Assembly: GCA_037447605.1 (NCBI GenBank)
Contig: CM074815.1
Location: 248,001 to 312,000 of the forward strand
DNA: 64,000 nt
Direction: 5' to 3'
DNA from: Zygnema circumcarinatum SAG 698-1b
Taxonomy: Eukaryota; Plantae; Zygnematophyceae
A model generated the notes under the pieces. The model was not told the origin of the DNA, did not search any database, and was given only the letters and a program-made list of their open reading frames with translations. Made by a program: the position numbers and the translations under genes. Within the stretch, counting starts at the first letter, position 1, and every line of letters begins with the position of its first letter. Of the stretch, positions 1 to 18,105 are shown piece after piece.

Positions 1-242
1 ACCAAAGCAATCTACACTGAGGAAGGCGAGAAGGGGATGGGGGAAAGAAGGAGGAGGGAAAGAAGCGAGCGAGGGAGTGGGACAGATTGTGAAGGAGTAT
101 GGAAAGAAGGAAACAGGGGAGAAAGCAAGAAGAGAAAACACGAGTGACGAATGAGGGGAGGGGGGAACGGAACGAGGGGAAGACTCATCGGGGGAGGAAA
201 GAGAGCGAGAGGGAACAGAGAGGGGGATGGGAGGAGGGTTAC

Positions 243-7236
<6,994 letters not shown>

Positions 7237-8179
7237 GGCCTGCCTTCTCAGCGCACTTCAGAAGCAAATTCTTCTCATTCACAACTACTCTATCATCTTT
7301 CTTTCATTGGGAAGGCCAAATTCTGGAAGGATTGTCATCTGTTTCACGGCTGGTGAGGTCGTCAGCAACTCATCAGACATAACTCCCTTTCTCTCACTCT
7401 CTCACTTCCTCTACTTTTCCCTCTCTTTCTCTCACTCTCTCCTTCTCCTTTGTCTCTCACACTCTTCCTCTCCCTTCATTGCCCTTGATTGCTTCGTCTA
7501 TCTGTCTCTCACACCCTCCTTCTCCGTTCATTGTCCTTAATTGCTTGGTCTATCAGACGATTAAAATCTTGCAAGGAAGAGCTCCGTTGAATGTGTTTCA
7601 AACATCAAATCCTCAGAGGGAGAGAGAGAGAGAGTGAAAGAAGCGAGGGGGGGGAGAGAGGAGGGCGTCTATCTCAGTGTCTCTTTGTGACTGAAGCCTT
7701 CAAAACTCTCGCATGATACAATTCTTGACGAGTGATATCAAGATCCAGAGATTGCTGTTGCGACTTGACTTGAAGTAAATTGAGCAACAAAGCAATGATA
7801 AGAATTGAGGGTGCAATGTTTGATTGCTGCCAATTCGCTTGAACAAATGTTCAGTGTGCTCAACCAGCTCCTCTCATCTCTCTCATTTCCTTGCTTTTCC
7901 TTCTCGTTTGTTCGATTTTGCCCTAATCCACCCTTTCAATTCTAGGTCCCTCAGCTTTCATTGCTCATCTGAAATGCATTCATTCATTCAAGCTTCAAAC
8001 CATGTGAAAAAGAAATTAAGAATTTTTCGATATTGCGCTTGAAACGGTGCTTCAGGAATAGTGCGATCCTGAACTAGAATTTGTTTGAAAATGGCGGGAA
8101 AAAAAGCCGCCTCTCTCCCAGCTGGCCGCCTCTGTGAGCCTTCAAACCGCCCATGCCCTGCAGGTGTCCCTGTTGAAGA

Positions 8180-8570
8180 GGACCGTACAAGGTAAACACC
8201 TGTACACTAGTAGGAGGGTTTTTCGTACATTTCGTAACAAATGTACGAATATGCCCGTCGGAACAGTGGCTTTTTTCGTACAGTACAGTGCAATAATACA
8301 TATTCGTACAGCTATGTGCATTCGAAGACCCTACTTTCGCTGTTATTCTCGGCGTGAAACTTACGGGCAAGCCTGTAACTTTACCGTCCCCTTTTTTTTT
8401 TCCCAAACAGTGTGCCCGATTTTTCCATGGGCCAATAAATTTTGGACACGTATGTGATTTCCAAGACGGGCAGACAAAAGCCAACCTCCACGTCCGTACA
8501 TTATTTTTCGTACACATATTTGTACACAAAACGTATTTACAGTACGAATTCTACATAATCGTACGGACAC
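8180..8570. promoter_or_regulatory. CGTAC-dense block in the divergent SEN1-like/RPL29 intergenic region
   Basis: Nine CGTAC/GTACG sites plus three more GTAC in about 390 bp, ending about 100 bp upstream of the RPL29 ATG. The regulatory role is inferred. Confidence 0.4.
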
Positions 8571-8667
8571 CCCTCCCCCCTCTCCCCCCACCGTCTCCCT
8601 CCCCCTCTCACTCCCTCCGCCGGCGCAGCCTTATCCTGAAGTCCTCGCCCTTGCCCTCACCGCCGCC

Positions 8668-10569
8668 ATGGCCGCCACAGCCTTCCGCGTGGCCGTCCTC
8701 CCCGCAGCCCTGGTGAGCGTTCCATGCATTCTGTTGGAAAATCCGCTCCGTTGAACTGTCGGGGAAACTGGGGTGTGGCTGAAAGCTGTTGGAATTTGCG
8801 CGAGAACTGCCTCGAGAGAATGTCTCTCTCTCTCTCTCTCGCTCGCTCGCAATCTTTCGCTCTTATTTAGCTTTCTCATCTCTGTGTCTCTAGCTTATAA
8901 TGTACCTTTACCTCCCCTCTCCCTCCCTTTCCTGCCTCTCTCTCTCTCTCCGTCTCTCTCTCCCTCAATTACGCCAAATATCTCCCTCTCTATCCCTCTC
9001 TATCTTTCTTTCTATTCGTCCCATTCCCTCTCTTCCTCTCCTTCTCCCCTGCCCCCCTCTCCTTCCCCCTTACCTCTAAATCCTTCGCCCACTTCCCCTC
9101 CTCTTAAGCCTCTCCCTCTCCCCATCCCATTGTTTCTCCGCTTTATTTTTGCTGAACCAAATTACCTCATCAGAGGGTCCCTATAGAGAAAATGCAAGGT
9201 TCAGCTTCCCATCACTTCTCTCTCTCGTTTCCCCCTTGTCTCTCTCTCTCCCTTCTCTTATCACCCTCGTCTCCCCTCTTCCTCCTTGCTCTCTTCCCTC
9301 TCCCTGTCTCTCGCCCTCCTCGCCCCGCACCTCCCGCACCTCCCTCTCCTCCCTGTCTCCCTCCCTCCCCCTCCCCCTCCTCCCCTGTCTCTCCCCTCGT
9401 CCCTTAACTACACAGGGCCTCCCATGAAAGACTTAAAACATAAAAGTGAACTCCAACTCCAACCCCAACTTCAACTGCAACTGAACCCTAACTGGAACTG
9501 AAACTGTAACTGAATCCCCAACGGCTGTTTCCAGCGCCCCGCACGTGTGGAGGTGGCACCACGTGGCAGCAGCAGCAGCTGCAGCGTGGGCGTCGCCGTG
9601 TGCGGTGTGAAGCAGGTCGACCTGATGGCCGACATCCGGCAGATGTCCACACCGCAGATCGAGGAGGCCGTGGTGGACCTCAAGGGCGAGCTCTTCCTGC
9701 TGCGCTGCCAGAAAGTGCGCGCCCCGCAGGAGTACAAGCCCAGCCAGGCACAGGACATGCGCAAGAAGGTGGGGGTGTCTTGTTAGAGGGGAGAGGGAGG
9801 AAGGGGAAAGGGGCGAGGGAGAAGGGGGGGAGGGAGGAGAGGGAGACAGATTGGGAAAAGGGAGTATGGTGGGAGGAAGTAGTGGGGGAGAGAGAAAGGG
9901 GGAGGGAGGAGTGGGGAGAGAGTAGGGTGGGAGGGAGGAGGGGGCGAGAGAAAAAGGGGGGAGGGAGAAGGGAGGAGAGAGGAGATTGGAGGGAGGAGGA
10001 GCGAGAGAAAGGGGGGGAGGGAGAAGGGGACGGGGAGCAGTAGAGGAGAGGGGGTGTAAAGACTTCAGAGCTGGGATTTCTGGTATTTGGGTTTTTCTGG
10101 GCGTTTCCTACGGTCGTTCTCTGGTGTTCCTGCTTAAGGTTCTGTTTTGGGGTGTTTTTTGGTATCCGTGAGCTTGCGGTGTACGAGTTTTGGGGACCTT
10201 CATATGTATTTAGGGTTTCAGTTTTTGTTGGAGTCACTGTTCCTGGTGTTTGGGTGGGTCTGAGCCTTCCGATCTGAAAGCTCAATTCTCGAAAGTCAGC
10301 GGAGGGACTGCTTTCAAGGTGCTTAACCCTAATTTGGAGCTACAGACATCATACTCTTTTCTGAACCTAATTTTTCTCACCCTGATCCTGAAACCGAAGG
10401 GTTTGGGGGGAACTTGTGTCAGATTGCTCGCATGATGACAGTGAAGAGGGAGCGTGAAATTGAGGAGGGAGTTTCAAAGAGAGAGTCACGGAAGCTCGAC
10501 TACAAGTGGAGAAAGAGCATTGTGCCCCGTCCTCCCCCATCTTACAACCCTGCAGACTATCAGGATTAA
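8668..10569 (+). CDS. RPL29: Plastid 50S ribosomal protein L29 (uL29c), nucleus-encoded with transit peptide
   Basis: Exons 8668-8712, 9535-9768 and 10423-10569 (TAA), all phase 0. The translation contains QIEEAVVDLKGELFLLRCQK..DMRKK|IARMMTVKREREIEEGVSKRESRKLDYKWRKSIVPRPPPS, the plant plastid L29 signature. The N-terminus is Ala/Ser/Arg-rich and transit-like. Confidence 0.95.
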
Positions 10570-11970
10570 GCAGATAACGAACATAGAAGTTAGCAATTGA
10601 GAGAGGGGGGAGAGTGGGGGAAACGTGGGGAGGAGGGAGAGAGAAGAAGCCAGTAGAGAGAGAAAAGACAGCAATTTCTCGCTTCAGAAATCCTTGAAAG
10701 AGCCCTCTGCAGGGTGGGAAGGAGAGAGGGAGGTAGGATTTGTTCTGAAGAGCAGATCAAGATGCAGTCATTGAACTTTTAGGGTTTGGGCCATTTTCGA
10801 AAAAGTTGGGGATGTGAATGCTTCTCATTTCATGGGGGAGATTGGAAGCATCTGCTAAGTGATCTGCACCGCCTTCTCATGCCTTTCATTGGATGAGCTT
10901 CAGGTTGATAAGAGCCAGCTCTGCCCTCTCTTAATATATTTTTTTCCTTTGGTTTCGCTCAACATCTGTATAATGACAATTACAAGGAGCTTACTTTGTG
11001 AGCATATGGGCCTCTTTTGTCTCCGTTATCTTGTCTGCCCTTAAGAGGGCCCCAGGATGTTTTCCGATACTGTTCACCACCCTCTCGTTCCTGCTCTTCC
11101 CTCTCCCTTTTTCTTTCTCTCCTCTTCATCTTTCCTCTCACTTCCCTCTCCTCTCCTTCTCCCTTCTGCCTTCTCACTTCTCCCCTCTCCATTTCCACGC
11201 CTCTCCCATCCTTGGGGATTTCACAGAAGCAGACAATCGTATGCAGGTCTTCCACACTTTAAGAGTTATTGTGCTCCTGAGTCAAATAGTCCTCTTATTA
11301 TTTAGAAGGGAGAGCACGGGTAGGGAGAGGGAGAGAGGAGATTTTTGTTCCACAATATTTCACATACTGACAGGTTCTGTTGAAAGTCTCCTATTCAATG
11401 TTTGCACTGAACAGTCAACTAAAGACACCAGCAATTGTCGACCACATGGATACCAAAGCAAAGTTGTGCTTTTCTATGTTCCTATCTACATGACTAAGCT
11501 CCAAATCTGGAGCATATAACACCTGCACTTATCTTGCTCACATGTTCTCTCCTGCAGTTCAACAATTTTTAGTGTTTTTAAAAAATTCCGTTCCACCGAG
11601 AGAACCTCGGTCTGGGTAACCAGTGTTGCAGGTCATACTGTATTCGGTCCAGTAACAGTGTTAACTATGGTCCAAGTAGAGAAGAATACCAAACTCAGCC
11701 TAGCCTTTCTGTTCACCCGCTTGAAATCACCAGAGTACAGAAGGAACTTAACTGATCTGCATAACATAGAACGCCATATTTGCTGTACATGCAATAGTTC
11801 TGTCAATTGCAACTAAACTTCCAACGAACTCACACATGGAGACGCCCATAATCACTCATTCAGATCGTGAGCATCAACATTCCCCTACAAAAAAAGAGCA
11901 AAGAAGAGAGCTACTTCTTTCAAAAATTGAATCACGACATACTCCCATTAACATATCGGTGATGTTGATG

Positions 11971-13571
11971 CTAATGATGATGATGTTGGCATGATGGGCC
12001 ATGCTCATGATGATGGTGCCCATGACTTCCATGACCATGGGCATGCCGATGCCCATGGCCAAGCTGCATAGCATTCCCCAGACGGGGATTTGGACCCCCT
12101 TCATATAAAGAGGAGTCCTCTTCATGCTGTACTTCAACAAGGGGTCTCGGAAACCGTAATTTTAAACGGAATGCATCGACTCCATTGAGGTAATAGCGGT
12201 GAAGCCTCTTCGCTCTGATGAATCCAAGGTTTCCGTACAATGCCAACGCTCCAAGGTTCGTTACTTCAGCCTCGAGAGTCACCTATTCCAACACAAGAGA
12301 GATTACGGATCACTGCTATGAGTACAGAAAGTGAGTTTACAGGGCTTCAGAACTTTAGGGTTTCAGGGCTTTTAGGGCAGTCAGATTTTCAGAGGTTTGA
12401 ACCGAACTGAAAATGACTCCTTTTGTTCTCATCAGAATGAAATGGAAAATGAAGGAATTGAGAGAAACGAGTTATAATAGCTCTTACCTCATCGCAAGAC
12501 TCTGCTTGCATGACTTCGATGCACCGAGTGACAAGCTCCGTTGCTGCCCCACTAACCTCCAACAATCAGGAACACGCACATTTTGGGCCTTTCAAGTATA
12601 AAGACTATTTCTATGTTCACTTCCTCGCGGGCACTCAAACTTCAAACTAATACAGAATCCTCGGATCGTGTAAATTAGACTAAATTCGAACGGTTTTAGG
12701 GTTTCCATGAGGGTGCACGTTCGAACTTACCAATTCCCCGGCCTCGCATTGGCTTCACCACAACCAGCATGGCGATGTAGCCGCGCAGCGACCCCGACTT
12801 GTGCTCATCAATTTTGCATATGATGGTGCCCACGCATGCATCACCGACATTCGCCTGCAACATCATCGAGCACATCATGAAGGAAACTCCAGGGATTTAG
12901 GGATATAAGGGTGAGGTTGTGAGAGATTTGACCTTTTTGATGTGTTGAGTTTTTGGAATTTTAGGAATTCAAGGGCTATAGTGAAATTTCAAACCATAAG
13001 GATGCTAAACTTCCTCTGTCCAACCTTCCTTACCCTGTCTACGTCTCCTTCCTTCCGTCTTCTCTCCACCCCCCTCCTTGCTCGTCCCCACCCCTCCCCG
13101 GCCCTCCTCTACCTCCCTCCCTCTCGCCCTCCCCCTCCCCTCCCTGCCTTCCTCCCTCCCTTCCTCCCTCCCTCCCTTCCTCCCTCCCGCCCTCCCTCCC
13201 TCACCCCCCCTCTCTCCCTCCCTCCCTCACCCCCTCTCTCTTCTCTCCCTGCATACCGTGCAGCAGAGGTTGGGCCACTGATGGATGAAGTAACGGTACG
13301 TGAAGACGGAGTACGGTTCAGAAAGCTCTCCGTCCACCAGCGCCATTATTCGCGGGAGCTCGCTCTCATCTCGGTACGTCCTGTACTCCACCGGGCCCTC
13401 CAATGGCTGCTTCTCGGAATTAGGGTTAGGATTTGCGTCCGAATTAGGGTTAGAATTTGCGTTAGCAGTATAATCAGAGTTAGAATTAAGTTCAGGATTA
13501 AGGATAGGGTTTAGTTTAGGGTTAGGGTTAGAGGTCAGAGCGCCATTAGGGTTAGGGCCGGCATCCGCCAT
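11971..13571 (-). CDS. NAA30: N-terminal acetyltransferase C catalytic subunit (NAA30/MAK3, GNAT family)
   Basis: Exons 13571-13257, 12854-12731, 12543-12488 and 12282-11971 (TAG). Motifs: [103 protein letters not shown]. It has an NP-repeat N-terminus and a His-rich C-terminus. Confidence 0.96.
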
Positions 13572-15889
13572 GGCTGAAGCAGCTACGCTCTGATGGCGCT
13601 ACGTGGCATGCAGGCTGTTGCAGGGGCTCCCACAAACCCTAATTTTGTTTCTATGGCACCGAATTGTTTGTTTTCTGGTTACAGTTCCACAAAAATTGCA
13701 CAAAATTTGACCTTTCCAATCGCTCCATCGGAAAATTTGGGGCTCTGTTCCCAGTCCTGTCACGGGACATACAGTGTTAACATGGATTGCTGACAGCAGG
13801 CGGGACTGACAGTTTCTATGTCACAGTCACAGCCGTAATTACAATCGCAGTTACAGTAAACGCGGAGCACAGATATGGACTCGCTGGAAACGACAGACGA
13901 GGCGTACGGACGGATCAGGGAGCAATCAGCAAAAGTCCTCAAATCGAATCTTTTCAGGAATGGAATCGTTTGAACCAATGGGGAGGCGCCAAAGAGCTAA
14001 TTAGACATCCCAAAAAGGATTTTATGGAAATCTCGGATTGTGTAAATCTCGGCATATCTTCCTTGGCTGATTCGATTCGAATCTACTGATTGGATCGTGT
14101 TGAGTGTGCCCCGAGATCGCGGCGATCCGTCGGTCGCCAGATTTGGGTACAGGATGGCCGGAGCTCGGTCCGTTCTATGAGGGAAAGCGAAGGATTGGAA
14201 GCGCCTCGGGGGCGACCCCTCCTTGACTATCGGCAAGTGCGGGACTTCATCGCTAATGAGTAGGAGGACGTGGGGGTCGCGGCGCAGCTCGGGGCGTGAA
14301 ACAGCTTCTGGTGCAGATCGTGGAGGTAGAAAAAGATGTTAAGTTTAGGTCAGAACAGTTTCGCCAAGAGCTCGTAATTAAGTATGCAAAGCGGCTCTGA
14401 GATTTGATTGGCTTGTTGCGGAATGGGAGATAGAAATCTACAGTTGAATTTTCAAACTCGGAGGGGGGGCAAAGCTCCCCCCAACATGTATATGTATTTC
14501 TACCACTATTCTTGAGTTACGTATGCTGATAATTTGGACCTGGTTTTTTCCACTACCTTTACTCTCTGCCATGCTTGCAGGTCTGAAACAAAACACCTTT
14601 CAAGTGCACACACTAAAAAGCAAATGAGTTTAAAGAACAAAAACACTGAAAGAGTAAAAGTAAAGAGAAAGCCCCCCGGCCTCAAAACTCCTTAATAAAG
14701 AATGGAAAGTAACAAGCAATAATTTCAAGCCATCAGGCTTCTACTTCTGCTGTGACTAACTCCCTAACTTCCTGCTGCCTATACATCCAAGCAACTACAC
14801 TCAGGAACACAAAAAAAAAAAAAAAAACAAAACAAAATTAAGTTAAGTTAAATTAACTAAATTAAGTTGAACTCTCGAGTTAACTAAATCATAAACAAAT
14901 CCTACTTAAATACTACGCGCTGCACTACTCCACGTTCTGCTGTGTGCCGTTACACGCCACCACTGCGCACCTTCATGTCGCTAACGATGCTCCACGTCCT
15001 TTTAAGCTCGCCCTGCACCACGCTGGGAGTGTCCGTACCAAAAATCGAGCGTAAGAGGCGCTCGCTCTTCTCCCCTTCTTCTTGGATTCGTCACGATCAC
15101 CCGATCACGATAAAGTCACCCAGTGCGATCACGAAAGCGCCCTATCACGGTACTATCGTACTAACCGTCTGGTATTTGTAGCGTTCTGATGCGATCTGAT
15201 GCGATATAGTGCGATGCGATCACGAAAACGCCCGATCGGTACTAGCCGTGTTGAGGCGAACAACCGCAGTGTGGAAAACTAAATTACATCGCGTTCACGA
15301 TATGGAGCGATCACGATCTGACGGTAGAGGCGATGCGATGCGATCACGGTACAATATGATGCGATTGCGATGCGTGCGATTTTAACATGAACTCTAACAT
15401 ATGCAGCCGTCTATTGGTAACACGAACCTTATATATCACGAAATCAATATTTTAAGCACCATGTGCCAAAACGAGGGTGGAAAATATAAGGACCCCCTCT
15501 TTTGAGGGTGTCATATAAAAATTCTAAGTAATACTAAAACCTCGATATTACGTAACATTTATTAAGTCACGGCCCTAACGCATGTATCTTGTATAACATT
15601 TTAAAAAGGCGACGCGCCACACAGCCATTTCTTGGCATACAGCGTGTCCCTAAACTACACAATTAAAAGCACTTGGTATTAGTATGATAATTGCTGCCCT
15701 CCAGCGTGTCCCTGTCCAGGCACTTCGAGTAATGACGCTCTAGTGCCACTATTCGGGGCTGTGACCAAATCTCTAAGGACCGGCCGATAGCGAATAAAGA
15801 CCGTCACGGACAAAATTTGCGAGGGCCAGATGGGTGTATTGATCTTCGCTTCTTTTGTCTTTTTAACTTCATTAGCCTATACCCCATTG

Positions 15890-17393
15890 TACCTTTAGCG
15901 TGCAGCGGTAGAAGCGAATTTTGTTCCTAACAACTTCTTTTAATCAATAATAAGAGGGACCAAAATGTGAAGTCTCTCGGCAGATAAAAATCACACTGTA
16001 ATAGACTCGCAATCGCTACCTCCCAAGCGAAGCACTTGCTTGTTGAACAAAACTATACAAACTATTGTCGACTAACCAACTTGGTGAAATCGTGATTTCA
16101 TGCTCCTCAGGCGGTGGGACGCCCCTGGCGTGGGCGCCCTCGCGCCGCCGGAAGCGCCGGTTGGCTGCGTCGCCATCTACGGGCGATATTTTTGAAAACC
16201 TTACGAGAAAGCGGCCCCGTGGCAATGTCCGCCAAGCACACAAGATCCTCGGCTTATGGCCATTTGTCCCGAGGTTGGGGTCGGCTTAATTACTGGCCCA
16301 GGCGGGAGTACTTCTGAGGCTACGTTCCGGTGCTGGCGAATATGGAAGATGAAGCACATCCAATTCCATCCTTTCACAATGGTGGCTATGAAAGAAGTTG
16401 AGAAGATTGAGGGTGAACATCAAGTCCCAAGGTGTAACAAACCCGCCCTCAGGAGGGTTCGAACACAAGACCTCCCGGTACCCACACCAGTGCTTTACCA
16501 TTAAAAGGCAACCGCGGATGTAAGTATTAGGCCATACAACACATGTATAGCGTTTCGCTACACAAGGTCTAAGCGTGAAGGAGAAAGTTTTATGTGTTGA
16601 GGGATGGAATCTTCTCTCTGGCTACATCATGGCAAGTTCCAAAACTCCGAAACATCAACACTTGTGCCAATATCAAGTGTCACGTGAGCAAAGTCGGCAA
16701 GGGTGCTTTAGAAGGCAATCCATACCCAGCTTGACAATGGCAACCAATCTTCCTCATCTCCATTTGCTGTACCATCACCGCTGGCGTTGCTGATGAGTCT
16801 AAGGATGACACGCCAAAACCTTACTACTTTGTAAGGTAGATTTCCTAACATTTGGAATGAATTGTGGGCACTTAGCCACCTTTCCTTAGAGCTTGCACTG
16901 CCCAAACAGTAAGGTAGCCATTTTGCACCTATCACCCCATTCTCCAATCCTAAATCCCACCACAAAATTGTTCCAATTATTGAAAGCATTGCAAAGGCAG
17001 AGCTGAGCTGACTCTTACCTATACACATCGCTCTTTGGAGTGACCCTATAGGTGGTGTAGTACTCGGGGTCCATGTACCCATGCGTCCCCGCCACACGTG
17101 TCCTAACGGCCAAGTTCTCCTCGTCATTGTTATCCTTTAGGAGGCCAAAATCAGCAACTTTTGCCTGTGGAAGGATTGATAGCGATGTAGCGTTATTCCT
17201 TTGCGAGGGTTAGTCATATACAAGACTACGGCAAGAATTCAGCCCATTTCGAGAGATTCAAAGTGTTTGCCTGAGCAGGGAAGGAATGCACCATTCCACA
17301 CCTGCAATTTGGCGTCCAAGAGAATGTTGTCCGATTTGACATCGCGGTGAATAATTGCGGGTTCGCCTGTGCGCCCAGGCACGCAGGCTCCCG
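15890..17393 (-). pseudogene. Decayed or gap-truncated paralog of the 3' (kinase) end of the LRR-RLK
   Basis: On the minus strand: an HRD exon (about 17390-17302, [18 protein letters not shown]), an intact activation-segment exon 17164-17019 ([48 protein letters not shown]), then exons at about 16818-16727 and 16330-16016 that carry frameshifting indels relative to 41830-41926 and 42216-42533. Intron and 3' UTR sequence is also homologous (e.g. ggacttgatgttcaccctcaatcttctcaacttcttt vs ggacttcatgttcaccctcaatcttctcaacttcttt at about 42125). The upstream part disappears into the 100-N gap at 17394. Confidence 0.85.
16433..16562. mobile_element. 130-bp TG...CA element (solo-LTR/TRIM-like) with 5-bp TSD and antisense tRNA-like core
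   Basis: caagg|TGTAACAAAC...TATAGCGTTTCGCTACA|caagg, with TSD at 16428-16432 and 16563-16567. The minus strand reads TAATGGTAAAGC...GGGAGGTCTTGTGTTCGAACCC (A-box and B-box-like). It sits in an intron of the RLK pseudogene, and the homologous intron of the LRR-RLK (about 42110-42130) lacks it. Confidence 0.85.
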
Positions 17394-17689
17394 NNNNNNN
17401 NNNNNNNNNNNNNNNNNNNNNNNNNNNNNNNNNNNNNNNNNNNNNNNNNNNNNNNNNNNNNNNNNNNNNNNNNNNNNNNNNNNNNNNNNNNNNTCGGTTA
17501 CGTATTGCTTTCCTCGCTCACGCTCTTGCCTCCCTCCTTCAATCCTCCCCACCCTCCCTCCCTCCCCCCCCTCCCAACCTCCCCTTCTCCCGACCTCCTC
17601 CCCATCCTGCTCCTCCCCGCCCCCACCTCCACCCCTCTCCCTCTCTCCTCCCCCCTCCCCCCCTCCCCCCCTCCCTCCCTCCCTCCATC

Positions 17690-18095
17690 CCTCCCGTTCC
17701 CTCCTTCTCTCTCTCCCCTCTCTCCCTACCCCTTCCCCTCCCTCCCTCCCTCCCTCCATCCCTCCCCGTTCCCCTCCTTCTCTCTCTCCCCCCCCCCCTC
17801 TCTCCCTACCCCTTCCCCTCCCTCCCTCCCTCCCTCCATCCCTCCCCGTTCCCCTCCTTCCTTCTCTCCCCCCCCCCTCCCTCCCTACCCCTTCCCCTCC
17901 CTCCGTCCCTCCCTCCCTCCCTCCGTCCTCCCCCGTTCCCCTCCTTCCTTCTCTCCCCCCCTCCCTCCCTACCCCTTCCCTCCCTCCGTCCCTCCCTACC
18001 CCCCTCCCACCATCCCTCCCCGTTCCCCTCCTTCCCTCTCTCCCCCCCCCCCCTCCCTCCCTACCCCTTCCCCTCCCTCCCTCCCTCCCTCCCTC
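17690..18095. repeat. Degenerate minisatellite of about 60-65 bp C/T-rich units (about 6 copies) in RsmG intron 3
   Basis: The unit CCCTCCCCGTTCCCCTCCTT...CCCTACCCCTTCCCCTCC recurs at regular spacing. Confidence 0.75.
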
Positions 18096-18105
18096 CCTCC
18101 CTCAC

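Noticed and set aside
16445-16515. A bona fide tRNA gene
   Set aside because: A- and B-box-like motifs are present, but I could not pair an acceptor stem or a clean T-arm, and it lies inside a TSD-flanked element. The same applies at about 41415-41485.
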